A DNA stretch of 64,000 nt from Bacteroidales bacterium UBA1205 (GCA_002309615.1 DBXT01000042.1:2154-66153), one strand, 5' to 3'. Shown: positions 1 to 10,351, counted from the stretch's first letter. Notes: generated by a model from the sequence alone, not told the origin. A program made the numbers and translations.

Positions 1-765
1 ATAGAAAATATCAACAAAATAGAAGTTGAATACTATGCTCCGAAAATTCCGTATCGTGAAACCATCACCAAATCGGCAGAAGCCATGTACCGCCACAAAA
101 AGCAATCCGGCGGTGCCGGTCAGTTCGGTGAAGTTCACATGCTGATAGAACCCTATTATGAAGGCATGCCCAACCAAACCAAATATCCTATCAGAGGTAC
201 TGAAAGTTACGATCTTCCTTGGGGCGGTAAATTGGTGTTCAACAACTGTATAGTCGGTGGTGCCATTGACGCCCGCTTTATGCCTGCCATATTAAAAGGC
301 ATTATGGAAAAAATGGAAGAAGGTCCGTTGACAGGTTCTTATGCCCGTGATATTGTTGTTAATATCTACGATGGTAAAATGCACCCCGTAGATTCCAACG
401 AAATGGCATTCAAATTGGCAGGACGTAACGCATTTAAAGAAGCATTTAAAAATGCCGGTCCCCGTATTTTGGAACCCATTTACGATGTGGAAGTGTTTGT
501 TCCTTCCGACAACATGGGCGGTGTGATGACCGACTTACAAGGTCGTAGAGGTATAGTAATGGGTATGGATAGCGAAGGTAAATTCCAAACCTTGCGGGCT
601 AAAGTTCCTTTGGCAGAAATGAACAAATATTCCACCTCTTTAAGTTCACTCACCAGCGGCAGGGCATCGTATGGTATGAAATATGCCGAATATCAACAAG
701 TACCTTCTGATGTTCAATCCGCATTGCTGAAAGCTTACGAAGAATCTCAAACTGACGAAGATTAA
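1..765 (+). CDS. Elongation factor G-family GTPase, C-terminal part (5' end lies outside the window)
   Basis: Frame 1 is open from base 1 (IENINKIEVEYYAPKIPYRETITKS...). It contains 'HKKQSGGAGQFGEVH' and 'VPLAEMNKYSTSLSSLTSGRASY', which resemble EF-G domains IV/V. A stop lies at 763-765 and a hairpin terminator follows. Confidence 0.85.
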   Translation: MENINKIEVEYYAPKIPYRETITKSAEAMYRHKKQSGGAGQFGEVHMLIEPYYEGMPNQTKYPIRGTESYDLPWGGKLVFNNCIVGGAIDARFMPAILKGIMEKMEEGPLTGSYARDIVVNIYDGKMHPVDSNEMAFKLAGRNAFKEAFKNAGPRILEPIYDVEVFVPSDNMGGVMTDLQGRRGIVMGMDSEGKFQTLRAKVPLAEMNKYSTSLSSLTSGRASYGMKYAEYQQVPSDVQSALLKAYEESQTDED

Positions 766-798
766 CACAGTTGTTTTTCTTCATTATAATCAAAAAAA

Positions 799-823
799 AG
801 CGAAATTCATTTCGCTTTTTTTT
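799..823 (+). terminator. Rho-independent terminator after the EF-G-like gene
   Basis: Stem AGCGAAAT/ATTTCGCT (799-806 / 809-816) is followed by a T-run at 817-823. An A-run upstream makes it potentially bidirectional. Confidence 0.7.
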
Positions 824-1138
824 ATTAATAAAAATTGAGGAATGTACTATAAAGCAGGTAAAATTCGCTTGATTCAGCAAGAAGACCTATCAAGTGTTCC
901 TAAAATTATCCGTTATTAGCAACCTATTGATATCTTATTTCATTCAAAAAGGGGGTTGTATTATTTTTTTGTATATTTGCGGAAAATATTGTTTAACAAA
1001 AGTTGCATTTGTAACTTGAATATGGCATATCTTTTTTTGTCCATATTAAAACTGCATTTATATGTTACATTCAGCAAATAAAAAATTGTCAAAATAGATT
1101 ATTTTTTTATTTCTATAAGAATATCCAACAAAAAATTG

Positions 1139-1146
1139 TATTTTTG
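1139..1146 (+). promoter_or_regulatory. Bacteroidota -7 promoter box (TAnnTTTG) upstream of parA
   Basis: TATTTTTG lies 23 nt upstream of the parA ATG (1169) and matches the Bacteroides -7 consensus TAnnTTTG. Confidence 0.5.
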
Positions 1147-1168
1147 CAAAATTGTAAACATAGATTTT

Positions 1169-1945
1169 ATGGGAAAGATTATTGCAATAGCAAATCAAAA
1201 AGGTGGCGTAGGCAAGACCACTACCTCTATTAATTTAGCCGCAAGTTTGGCTATATTAGAGCACAAAACCCTGCTCATAGATGCCGACCCGCAAGCCAAC
1301 ACCTCCTCCGGATTAGGCGTTGACCCTAATATAGTCCAAAACAGCATCTACGAAGTGATGATAGGTGATGCCGCCATACAAGAAAGCATCACCCGCACCA
1401 ATGTGCCCAATTTGGACATCATTCCGGCACACATCGATTTGGTTGGGGCCGAATTGGAGATGATAGACTTGGAAAACAGGGAAACCGTTATGCGCAGAGC
1501 CATCAGGTCGGTTGCCGATGCCTATGAATTTATATTGATTGACTGTGCTCCTTCTTTAGGATTGATTACGGTAAATGCTCTCACCGCTGCCGACACCGTG
1601 CTTATTCCCGTTCAAAGTGAATACTTCGCATTGGAAGGTTTAGGCAAACTGCTTAACACCATTAAAATAGTACAAAGCAACCTCAACCCCGACCTTGGCA
1701 TAGAAGGCATATTGCTTACCATGTATGACAATCGTACCAAAATGTCCAACCAAGTGGTAGAAGATGTAAAATTACATTTTAAAAATTTGGTTTTCAACAC
1801 TATCATCAGCAGAAACATCCGATTAGCCGAAGCCCCGAGCTTTCAAAAACCTGTGTTGCTCTATGATGCCCAATCCAAAGGTGCTACCAATTATTTGAAT
1901 TTAGCTCGTGAAATTTTAACCAAAAACCACAAAAGCAAACTATGA
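1169..1945 (+). CDS. parA: ParA/Soj chromosome-partitioning ATPase
   Basis: It has the deviant Walker A 'IANQKGGVGKTTT' and 'LIDCAPSLG'. The first ATG gives MGKIIAIANQKGG; the track ORF starts earlier at TTG 1136. The stop overlaps the parB start (ATGA). Confidence 0.93.
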   Translation: MGKIIAIANQKGGVGKTTTSINLAASLAILEHKTLLIDADPQANTSSGLGVDPNIVQNSIYEVMIGDAAIQESITRTNVPNLDIIPAHIDLVGAELEMIDLENRETVMRRAIRSVADAYEFILIDCAPSLGLITVNALTAADTVLIPVQSEYFALEGLGKLLNTIKIVQSNLNPDLGIEGILLTMYDNRTKMSNQVVEDVKLHFKNLVFNTIISRNIRLAEAPSFQKPVLLYDAQSKGATNYLNLAREILTKNHKSKL

Positions 1946-2838
1946 CAAACAACAAAAATCCTAAACAAAGAGGTATGGGACGCGGTTTGGATGCCATATT
2001 GGGCATATCCACCCCCGACAATAGCATAGTAAGTCGGCAATCTCCAAGTAGAATCAAAGAAAATGAGTTTACCGAAATAAAAATAAGTTTGATAGATGTC
2101 AACCCATGGCAGCCGAGAAACGATTTTGAAGATGAGGCATTGCAGGAATTATGTCTCTCTATTAAAGAGCACGGGCTTATCCAACCCGTTACTGTACGCT
2201 TAGCAGAAAACGGTCGCTACCAACTCATAGCAGGAGAAAGACGTTTGAGGGCATGCAAAATGGCGGGTTTTACCACCATAGCCGCTTACATCCGCTCGGC
2301 CTCCGACATACAAATGCTGGAAATGGGACTCATAGAAAACATCCAACGCAAAGACCTTAACCCCATAGAAATTGCCTTATCGTTCCAACGACTTATAGAC
2401 GAATGCAATCTCAAACAAGAAGAGCTCTCCGCCAAAGTGGCAAAAAGCCGACCCGTGGTTACCAATTATTTACGTTTGTTAAAACTTTGCACCCCCGTGC
2501 AACAATATATATGTGAAGGTAAAATATCCATGGGACATGCCAAAACCATAGCCAGCATAGCCGATAGCGACACCCAAACGGCATTAGCCGAGAAAATAAT
2601 CAACATGGGGCTATCGGTACGACAAGCGGAAGAAATGGTAAAAAAAATCAGCACGCCCGCCGTGAAAAAGGCGAAAATAAAACTACCCGCACACTTTAAC
2701 GGTGAAGAAAAAAAATTGGCTGCAAAATACAAAACCAAAGTGAATATCAAAAGAAATATCAAAGGAAAAGGTAGCATAAATTTGCATTTTTCATCTGATA
2801 ATGAATTAGAAAGGCTATTATTACAATTAACAAAATAG
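1942..2838 (+). CDS. parB: ParB/Spo0J partition protein
   Basis: It contains the 'GLIQPVTV' and 'IAGERRLRA' ParB box motifs and an HTH region, and is translationally coupled to parA. Confidence 0.93.
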   Translation: MTNNKNPKQRGMGRGLDAILGISTPDNSIVSRQSPSRIKENEFTEIKISLIDVNPWQPRNDFEDEALQELCLSIKEHGLIQPVTVRLAENGRYQLIAGERRLRACKMAGFTTIAAYIRSASDIQMLEMGLIENIQRKDLNPIEIALSFQRLIDECNLKQEELSAKVAKSRPVVTNYLRLLKLCTPVQQYICEGKISMGHAKTIASIADSDTQTALAEKIINMGLSVRQAEEMVKKISTPAVKKAKIKLPAHFNGEEKKLAAKYKTKVNIKRNIKGKGSINLHFSSDNELERLLLQLTK

Positions 2839-2840
2839 TC

Positions 2841-3443
2841 ATGAAAAAAAGACATATCAGCCATATATTGCTTTTATGCATGCTTTGCACCAACACTATT
2901 TATGGTCAATATGCCTTTTCCTATAATGATATTACCCGCAAAAATAAAATAGACACTACAAGTATCAGCCCTCAAGAGAGAAAACATTCTCCCGTTACGG
3001 CGGGATGGATGTCGGCGGTATTGCCGGGGTTGGGACAAGGATACAATCACAAATATTGGAAAATACCCATAGTATATGCCGGTTTGGGTGCTACAGGGTT
3101 TTGTGTATATTATTTCAACAAACAATTCACGGAATTACGCACCGAATACAGGCACAGGCTCAATAACGAAACCGACGGGCTGCTGCCCAAATATGCGGAT
3201 ATGAGCGTCAGCAATATACAACTGCTGAAAGAGACGCAACAAAAAAACATGGAAATATCCATCATTGTATTGGTGGTATGGTATGCTGTGAATATAGTTG
3301 ACGCCGTAGTGGATGCACACCTGTTTACATTTGACGTGTCCGATGATTTATCACTACGTATTCAACCGGGAATCACTCCCCTTCAACCCGATTTAAAACA
3401 GCCCTTTGCCATGCCGAATATATCATTAACACTTAATTTCTAA
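2841..3443 (+). CDS. Membrane protein, DUF5683-like (conserved downstream of parB in Bacteroidota)
   Basis: It has a signal sequence plus 'SAVLPGLGQGYN..YWKIPIVYAG' and a second TM helix, and sits directly after parB. Confidence 0.6.
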   Translation: MKKRHISHILLLCMLCTNTIYGQYAFSYNDITRKNKIDTTSISPQERKHSPVTAGWMSAVLPGLGQGYNHKYWKIPIVYAGLGATGFCVYYFNKQFTELRTEYRHRLNNETDGLLPKYADMSVSNIQLLKETQQKNMEISIIVLVVWYAVNIVDAVVDAHLFTFDVSDDLSLRIQPGITPLQPDLKQPFAMPNISLTLNF

Positions 3444-3447
3444 CAAT

Positions 3448-4176
3448 ATGAAAATAGTTATATTAGGATACGGAAAAATGGGGGAACAAGTGGAAATAGC
3501 CGCCAAAACATTACATCACCAAATAGCGGCCTACATTGATTCCGAAGAAGATTGGAACAAAAACGCCGCGATTATCCCCACTGCCGATGTTGCCATAGAA
3601 TTTTCCACACCGCAAACGGTGTTGAACAATATTGACAAATGTTTACAATTACATTTACCCATAGTGGTCGGCACCACAGGATGGTATGACCAACTTGACA
3701 ACGTTCGTCAAAAATGCGAACAAATGCAGGGAAGTGTGCTCTATGCCAGCAATTTCAGCTTGGGAGTCAATCTGTTTTTTGCCCTCAATTCCGCATTGGC
3801 TCATATTATGAACGGATACAACTATGATGTAAGCATAGAAGAAATTCATCATATCAACAAAAAAGATGCCCCCAGCGGCACCGCCATCACCCTTGCCAAC
3901 GATATCATAAGCGTGATAGACAACAAAAAAACATGGATTAACGAGATGAACGACAATCCGCAAGAATTGTCCATCAAATCGCAACGTTTGAGTAATAACG
4001 TCGGCACGCATATCGTAACTTACCAATCGGATATGGATGCCATAGAAATCAAACATACCGCTTTTAATCGCAAGGGCTTTGCCATGGGCGCCGTTAAAGG
4101 GGCAGAATGGTTGTTACAACACCAAGGCTTTCATTCCATTAAAGATATGTTCAACTTTAACCAACCGACTATATGA
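3448..4176 (+). CDS. dapB: 4-hydroxy-tetrahydrodipicolinate reductase
   Basis: It has the N-terminal Rossmann motif 'KIVILGYGKMG', then 'VVGTTGW' and 'EEIHHINKKDAPSGTA', which are typical of DapB. Confidence 0.9.
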   Translation: MKIVILGYGKMGEQVEIAAKTLHHQIAAYIDSEEDWNKNAAIIPTADVAIEFSTPQTVLNNIDKCLQLHLPIVVGTTGWYDQLDNVRQKCEQMQGSVLYASNFSLGVNLFFALNSALAHIMNGYNYDVSIEEIHHINKKDAPSGTAITLANDIISVIDNKKTWINEMNDNPQELSIKSQRLSNNVGTHIVTYQSDMDAIEIKHTAFNRKGFAMGAVKGAEWLLQHQGFHSIKDMFNFNQPTI

Positions 4177-5885
4177 CTTTTAGCATAGAATTCTTAACCG
4201 TCTATTGTATTCTATATGTAATAGGAACTTTTGCCGGATTATACGGTGTGTTCCAAAAAGCGGGACGCACCCCGTGGCACGCCCTTATCCCTTTTTACAA
4301 TTTATACGCATGGCTTAAAGTGATACAACGGCCGCTATGGTGGATAATATTTTTAATTATCCCCTATTTGAATGTATTCACATTTATGCTCATGATATGG
4401 AAAACAGCCCGTATGTTTGACCACACCCGCTACATAGAGCTTATTCCGGCATTGATATTTCCTTTTGTTGCCGTGCCCTACATGGGATTTTCCAAAAAAG
4501 AAATTTTTTACCCTCGTGATAAAGTTCCCGAACACTTATTGGGCGTATGGCACACCATGCCGCTGACAAAAAAACAAAAACAAGCATCAGAACAAACACA
4601 AAAGAACGAGCTAACCATTAAAACTAAAGCCCGCAGCTGGACTGATGCCATCATCTATGCAGTGGTGGCAGCATATATCATCCGCACCTTTATGTTTGAA
4701 TTATACAAAATACCCACCTCCTCCATGGAAAGCACCCTTATGGTGGGCGATTATTTGGCGGTAAGCAAAATGGCTTACGGGCCTAAAATACCGCAAACCC
4801 CCGTTGCCGTTCCTTTTGTACACCATACTTTGCCGCTTACCAAATATCAAAAAGCTTATACCGATAAAATACAATTCCCTTTTTATCGATTCCCCGGACA
4901 TAGCCGCATACAACGTTATGACGCTGTGGTATTCAACTATCCTGACGGCGATACCGTAGCCCTGGAACGACAAAGCGAAAGTTATTATGCTATAGTAAGA
5001 CATATCAAAAACGCTTTTATGCACCCTGCCGAATATGCCGATGAATACTATTTTTGTGACGGACAATGGCACAAATATACGGAATTGCTTTACAAATACG
5101 GGGCAGATTATTATGCAGGAAAAGAATATGATGTGGTAAACAAGGAATATCATATCCGATATCGGCCTGTGGACAAACGAGAAAATTATATCAAAAGATG
5201 TGTGGGAATGCCCGGTGACACGCTGCAAATAAAACATGCCGTGCTTTATGTCAACAGCCAAAAAGCATATCAGCCCAAGCTGTCACAACTTATGTATTTG
5301 GTAGAAACCAACGGCATTAACATCAGCCCCGCCAACAGACAAAAACTTAACATTAACGAAGAAGATATGCAACAACTATCCCCTACCCTGTGGGCATATC
5401 ATCTGCATCCCGACCAAGTGGCAAAAATACGCCAATATAACAATGTAATATCCATACAACCTTATATTTACGAAGATACTGTTTATGAAGCCGACATTTT
5501 CCCGCAAAATGAGAACTTCAGATGGAATCGTGACAATATGGGGCCTATAATAGTGCCCAAAGCGGGACAAAGCATAGATATCGATATCAACAATATCTGT
5601 CTTTATACTCGCATTATCAAAAATTATGAGGGTAATACCTTGGAAATACGTAACAATAAAATATATATCAACGGAAACGAAACCAATACCTACACATTCC
5701 GTATGAACTACTATTGGATGATGGGAGACAACAGACACAATTCCGCCGATTCGCGTTATTGGGGATTTGTGCCGGAAGACCATATAGTGGGTAAAGCAAG
5801 TTTTGCATGGATGAGTTTGGATAAATTCAAAAGTTTGGGTGAAGGAAAAATCCGTTGGAACAGAATGTTTAAAAAAATACACTGA
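4173..5885 (+). CDS. lepB: Signal peptidase I (S26) with an extended N-terminal membrane domain
   Basis: It carries the catalytic Ser box 'IPTSSMESTLMVGDY', the Lys box 'YIKRCVGMPGD' and 'GDNRHNSADSRYWGFVP'. The first ~110 aa form a multi-TM region (DUF5684-like, 'PWHALIPFYNLY'). Confidence 0.9.
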   Translation: MTFSIEFLTVYCILYVIGTFAGLYGVFQKAGRTPWHALIPFYNLYAWLKVIQRPLWWIIFLIIPYLNVFTFMLMIWKTARMFDHTRYIELIPALIFPFVAVPYMGFSKKEIFYPRDKVPEHLLGVWHTMPLTKKQKQASEQTQKNELTIKTKARSWTDAIIYAVVAAYIIRTFMFELYKIPTSSMESTLMVGDYLAVSKMAYGPKIPQTPVAVPFVHHTLPLTKYQKAYTDKIQFPFYRFPGHSRIQRYDAVVFNYPDGDTVALERQSESYYAIVRHIKNAFMHPAEYADEYYFCDGQWHKYTELLYKYGADYYAGKEYDVVNKEYHIRYRPVDKRENYIKRCVGMPGDTLQIKHAVLYVNSQKAYQPKLSQLMYLVETNGINISPANRQKLNINEEDMQQLSPTLWAYHLHPDQVAKIRQYNNVISIQPYIYEDTVYEADIFPQNENFRWNRDNMGPIIVPKAGQSIDIDINNICLYTRIIKNYEGNTLEIRNNKIYINGNETNTYTFRMNYYWMMGDNRHNSADSRYWGFVPEDHIVGKASFAWMSLDKFKSLGEGKIRWNRMFKKIH

Positions 5886-5890
5886 CAACC

Positions 5891-6604
5891 ATGAAACAAT
5901 TTTTTTACATCATTACCGCCCTTTTTCTTTTTGTAGGGTTGCCTGCACAAGGACAAAACCGACAAATATTTCAAGGAACCATCTCCTATAACCTGCAAAT
6001 GTCATTCAATGACTATACCATGGAAACAAAAGCAACATGCTATTATTCCGACAAACATAGTAAAATATCTACCGATATCTATGGCGTAGGCATACAAGTG
6101 ATACGGGATTTCAACCTTGACAGTGCCACCATGCTGATGAATGTCATGGGAAAAAAAATAGCACTTCGCATCCCCAATCCACAAGAAAATGATACGGCTG
6201 AAATGAATATAGGAGAACTGCTTTCCACCGACACCCTCTGCGGCTATATCTGTCAAAAATATTCAATATTTCACGGCTCACTCACCGATTCCGCCATCTC
6301 CGCCCTGCCCTCCACCCCCTTTACGGATTTGAACATTTTGAAAAATACGGAAGTGAACATGTGGGCTAGTGTATGCCAAGATTTATCTGTCAAAAACACA
6401 CTCTTCTCCGCATTGCCCATTCCACAAAACGAGGCCATACTCCAAATGTGCATGGAACAAAACAATATAAAAATAACCATAACGGCAACCGAGGTAAAAG
6501 CAGGTAAAATATCCAATAAAGAATTTCAAATAGATAAATCATATCAATACACTACCCTGCAAAAATTGCAACAAATGCTGGATAGTAGCAATACCATGTT
6601 TTAA
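5891..6604 (+). CDS. Secreted hypothetical protein (paralog of 6694..7413)
   Basis: It has a signal peptide (FLFVGLPAQGQ) and shares 'FQG.i.Y' and 'CGY.C..Y' with the next ORF. Confidence 0.6.
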   Translation: MKQFFYIITALFLFVGLPAQGQNRQIFQGTISYNLQMSFNDYTMETKATCYYSDKHSKISTDIYGVGIQVIRDFNLDSATMLMNVMGKKIALRIPNPQENDTAEMNIGELLSTDTLCGYICQKYSIFHGSLTDSAISALPSTPFTDLNILKNTEVNMWASVCQDLSVKNTLFSALPIPQNEAILQMCMEQNNIKITITATEVKAGKISNKEFQIDKSYQYTTLQKLQQMLDSSNTMF

Positions 6605-6655
6605 AAGGAAAAATAGTCTTACAGAACCCTGGCATAAAAATTGTAAAAAAAATAG

Positions 6656-6663
6656 TACCTTTG
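6656..6663 (+). promoter_or_regulatory. -7 promoter box TACCTTTG
   Basis: TACCTTTG lies 31 nt upstream of ATG 6694. Confidence 0.5.
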
Positions 6664-6693
6664 CATCATTAATTTATTAAAATAATTACCAAA

Positions 6694-7413
6694 ATGAAAA
6701 AAATAATTTCAGTTATCGTTCTCTCCTTATGCTGCACAATGGTTATCAACACCGCAACTGCAGGAGGTAAAAAAACAAAAAGCACTGTATTTCAAGGTGA
6801 AGTAAAATATGCTATTAAATACAGTGGAGATATAGATCCTCAAAAATTAGCTCAAATGCCTACGGAATCCACCTACAAGGTAATGGGAAACAAACGCAAA
6901 ACCACTATGAATGTAGGTTTTCCTCTTCACATCATATATGATGGTGATTCTTGCAAACTCATACAATTAATAGACTATCCGGGACAACAAATGGCCATAG
7001 TAAGAGATAAAGCTTATTTTGATGAAGCCCGTGAAGGTGTAGTTTATTCCTATACTCCTACCAATGACACCAAAACCATTTGCGGCTATGTTTGCAACGG
7101 ATACAAAATCACCGTTACCAACACCGAAGAAGAAGAAAGCAGAGAAGTAGGTGTAGCTTATACCTCTACCGAATTAGTGGCAGGCACTGCCGGTAACTTT
7201 TTTGAATTACCCGGCTTGGAAGGCTTCCCGATGTATATCCAAACCACATCCGCTAACGGCACTTCCACTACCTCCGAAGTAGTATCTATTAATACCAAAG
7301 CCAAAATAAATTTGGCCGACTATTTAATACCTTCCACCTTCAAAATACTTTCCGACGAAGAAATAGAACAATTATTCGGCGGCGGCGGTAGTGACGATGA
7401 AGATGATTTTTAA
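6694..7413 (+). CDS. Secreted hypothetical protein with an acidic C-terminal tail (paralog of 5891..6604)
   Basis: It has a signal peptide, the shared motifs 'VFQGEVKY' and 'CGYVCNGYKI', and the C-terminus GGGGSDDEDDF. Confidence 0.6.
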   Translation: MKKIISVIVLSLCCTMVINTATAGGKKTKSTVFQGEVKYAIKYSGDIDPQKLAQMPTESTYKVMGNKRKTTMNVGFPLHIIYDGDSCKLIQLIDYPGQQMAIVRDKAYFDEAREGVVYSYTPTNDTKTICGYVCNGYKITVTNTEEEESREVGVAYTSTELVAGTAGNFFELPGLEGFPMYIQTTSANGTSTTSEVVSINTKAKINLADYLIPSTFKILSDEEIEQLFGGGGSDDEDDF

Positions 7414-7440
7414 CATTAATATATATAATGAGCATTAACA

Positions 7441-7466
7441 AACACCTATTATTATAGGTGTTTTTT
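7441..7466 (+). terminator. Rho-independent terminator
   Basis: Stem AACACCTAT/ATAGGTGTT (7441-7449 / 7454-7462) runs into a T-tract. Confidence 0.7.
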
Positions 7467-7484
7467 CTTTATAACAAGCAGAAT

Positions 7485-8252
7485 ATGAACTTTATAGACA
7501 CGCATTCTCATTTATACGATACCGCATTTGACCAAGACAGGAACAGCATAATAACCGAATGCAAACAAGCGGGAGTAAACACCTTATTGCTTCCTAACAT
7601 CAATAAGGAAAGCATTCCCGCCATGCTTCAATTATGTCACACCTATCCGGAGATGTGTTATCCTATGATAGGCTTGCATCCTTGTGATGTAAAAAGCGAC
7701 TATAAAGAGGTATTGCAAAGCATGTTTGCCTTATCGGACCAATATCCGTTTATTGCAATAGGCGAAATAGGCATAGACTTATATTGGGATTCCTCCCTGC
7801 TTGCAGAGCAAAAAGATGCTTTCGCCATGCAGGTGGATTTCGCCGTTCGGCACCGACTTCCCATTGTCATTCACAAACGACAATCTTATTACGAAGTAAT
7901 AGATGTGCTGAAACAATTCAAGGGACAAAAATTAAAAGGTATTTTTCACTGTTGGTCCGGAAGTTTAGACCACGCACTTGCAGTTATTTCCATGGGTTTT
8001 CATTTAGGAATAGGAGGAACTGTCACCTATAAAAGCAGCCGCTTGGACGAACTTTTGCCCCATATAGACTTACAGCACATAGTGCTGGAGACCGATAGCC
8101 CCTACCTTACTCCCCATCCCTACCGCGGACAACGGAACAAAAGTAGTTATATTCCTATTATAGCACAAAAAATAGCCGAGATTAAACATTGCGATATTGC
8201 TACCATAGCAAACATTACCACCGAAAATGCAAAAAAACTTTTCAATATATAA
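7485..8252 (+). CDS. TatD-family metal-dependent hydrolase/DNase
   Basis: It starts 'MNFIDTHSHLYD' (HxH metal site) and also has 'GEIGIDLYW' and 'ETDSPYLTP'. The ATG at 7485 is preferred over the GTG at 7458, which lies inside the terminator. Confidence 0.88.
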   Translation: MNFIDTHSHLYDTAFDQDRNSIITECKQAGVNTLLLPNINKESIPAMLQLCHTYPEMCYPMIGLHPCDVKSDYKEVLQSMFALSDQYPFIAIGEIGIDLYWDSSLLAEQKDAFAMQVDFAVRHRLPIVIHKRQSYYEVIDVLKQFKGQKLKGIFHCWSGSLDHALAVISMGFHLGIGGTVTYKSSRLDELLPHIDLQHIVLETDSPYLTPHPYRGQRNKSSYIPIIAQKIAEIKHCDIATIANITTENAKKLFNI

Positions 8253-8255
8253 ACC

Positions 8256-9290
8256 ATGAACACACCCAACATTTTAATACTTTACACAGGCGGAACCATC
8301 GGCATGGTTCAAGATGCTGAAACCGGCAGTTTGAAAGTTTTTGATTTTAAAAACATCTACGACCAAATTCCCCGTTTGGCATTTTATAATATTAAAGTTG
8401 ACACATTTGCTTTCCAACATCCTATCGACTCTTCGGATATGAACCCGAGCGATTGGGCTGACATCGGCAATAAAATAATGGAATATTACGACCAATACGA
8501 TGGCTTTGTGGTACTACACGGCACCGACACCATGGGATATACCGCCTCGGCACTCAGTTTTATGTTTAATCATTTGAACAAACCTATTATCCTTACCGGT
8601 TCCCAATTACCTTTGGGCATAGCCCGTACCGATGGCCGTAACAATATGATTAATTCCATAGAATTAGCCGCAGCACGCAACGAAACCGGTCGTCCCATGA
8701 TACCCGAAGTGTGCATTTGTTTTGAAAACAAACTCTATAGAGGCAACCGCACCCACAAAAATCATGCGGAAAATTTTGACGCCTTTGCCTCTCCCAACTA
8801 TCCCATTTTGGCACATGCCGGTGTGAGCATTAAATACAATAAAGAATATATACACCAAGCTGATGGTCTTCCCGTGGAACTATTTACCGATATGGATGCC
8901 AATATCTCTATATTGAAACTTTTCCCCGGCATTACCCCCAGTGTGGTGAAATCGGTTTTGCATGCCGAAGGACTCAAAGGAGTGATATTGGAGACCTACG
9001 GTTCGGGCAATGCGTGCCAATCACCGTGGTTTTTAAATTTGCTGCGGGAAGCCGTTGACAAAGGAATAGTAATAGTAAATGTCACCCAATGCAAAGGAGG
9101 CGGCAGCGTGGACTTGGGAAAATATGAAACCAGCCTTGAATTACAAAAAATGGGCATCATCAGCGGATATGATATTATCACCGAAAGTGCCGTTACCAAA
9201 TTAATGTATCTTTTAGGCAAAGAAAAAAATATTGATAGGATTAAATATTTGTTTAACAAATCATTACGAGGAGAAATATCCATAGAATAA
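8256..9290 (+). CDS. ansA: Type I (cytoplasmic) L-asparaginase
   Basis: It has 'ILYTGGTIGM' with the catalytic Thr, plus 'VVLHGTDTM' and 'ILTGSQLP'. No signal peptide is present. Confidence 0.88.
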   Translation: MNTPNILILYTGGTIGMVQDAETGSLKVFDFKNIYDQIPRLAFYNIKVDTFAFQHPIDSSDMNPSDWADIGNKIMEYYDQYDGFVVLHGTDTMGYTASALSFMFNHLNKPIILTGSQLPLGIARTDGRNNMINSIELAAARNETGRPMIPEVCICFENKLYRGNRTHKNHAENFDAFASPNYPILAHAGVSIKYNKEYIHQADGLPVELFTDMDANISILKLFPGITPSVVKSVLHAEGLKGVILETYGSGNACQSPWFLNLLREAVDKGIVIVNVTQCKGGGSVDLGKYETSLELQKMGIISGYDIITESAVTKLMYLLGKEKNIDRIKYLFNKSLRGEISIE

Positions 9291-9371
9291 TTTTTTTTTC
9301 ATTTTTTTGGAGAATGCTATTGTTTTTTTTTGTAATTTAGCATTTTGAAAATAGGTCAGATTTTGACTGTC

Positions 9372-9461
9372 AGGAGAGGTGTCCGAGTTGGCCGAAGGAG
9401 CACGCCTGGAAAGTGTGTAAGCGACAAAATCGCTTCCAGGGTTCGAATCCCTGTCTCTCCG
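9372..9461 (+). tRNA. tRNA-Ser (anticodon GGA)
   Basis: The acceptor stem is GGAGAGG/TCTCTCC, the anticodon loop is CTGGAAA and the T arm is CAGGG-TTCGAAT-CCCTG. A long variable arm (AAGCGA..TCGCTT) marks a class II tRNA. CCA is not encoded. Confidence 0.9.
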
Positions 9462-9523
9462 CTAAATTATTAAAAATATTATAAATACAAAATTAATTAT
9501 TTAACTTAAGACCTAAACATAGT

Positions 9524-10351
9524 ATGAAAAAGTTAGTAACAATTCTAGCTGTAGCTGGATTTTTAACCTTCGGATTAAACAATGTTGTAAAAGCACAAGA
9601 TGCCGCTACAAATGCAACAAGCGAACAAACCCAAGTAGCTAATGATGAAAATGCAGCTCCTGCTGAAGCAGTGGAAGCTGAAAATGCTATAGGTATGGAA
9701 GAAGAAGTTGTTGTAGAAAAACCATTTCACCAAGTATTGAAAGATAAATTTATAGAAGGTGGTCCCGGCTGGATGACTCCTATATTAATTATCCTTATTC
9801 TTGGTTTGGCATTAGTGATAGAAAGAATTATTTATTTGAATTTATCCACCACCAATACCAAAACGCTGCTCAAAGGCATAGAAGATGCTCTTGCCGCCAA
9901 TGATGTTGAAAAAGCAAAAGAAATTTGCCGTAACACCAGAGGTCCTGTTGCCAGCGTATTCTATCAAGGTTTGGACCGCTACAATGAAAACATTGAAGAA
10001 ATTGAAAAAGCAGTGGTTTCATATGGTAGTGTTCAAACAGCACGTTTGGAATCCAATATGTCATGGATAGGTTTCTGTATTGCAGTGGCTCCTTCATTAG
10101 GATTCTTGGGAACAGTTGTTGGTATGGTTCAAGCATTCGATGACATTGAACAAGCAGGTGATATCAGCCCGACGATTGTTGCCGGTGGTATGAAAGTAGC
10201 TCTTATCACTACCGTTACCGGTTTGATTGTTGCTATTATTCTTCAAATATTCTATTCCTACCTCATATCTAAAATAGATAGTTTGGTTACCTCCATGGAA
10301 GATGCAACTATTAACTATATGGATATTATAGTTGCCAACAAAAGAAAATAA
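9524..10351 (+). CDS. exbB: MotA/TolQ/ExbB proton-channel family protein
   Basis: It has an N-terminal signal and acidic region, three TM helices, and 'APSLGFLGTVVGMVQAF' (ExbB/TolQ signature). Confidence 0.85.
   Translation: MKKLVTILAVAGFLTFGLNNVVKAQDAATNATSEQTQVANDENAAPAEAVEAENAIGMEEEVVVEKPFHQVLKDKFIEGGPGWMTPILIILILGLALVIERIIYLNLSTTNTKTLLKGIEDALAANDVEKAKEICRNTRGPVASVFYQGLDRYNENIEEIEKAVVSYGSVQTARLESNMSWIGFCIAVAPSLGFLGTVVGMVQAFDDIEQAGDISPTIVAGGMKVALITTVTGLIVAIILQIFYSYLISKIDSLVTSMEDATINYMDIIVANKRK

Noticed and set aside
824-1168. Possible replication origin (oriC) in the AT-rich spacer upstream of parAB.
   Set aside because: Only weak DnaA-box-like strings are present (for example TTATCCGTT at ~906). 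There is no cluster of TTATCCACA-type boxes and no dnaA or dnaN nearby. In Bacteroidota, parAB is not a reliable origin marker.
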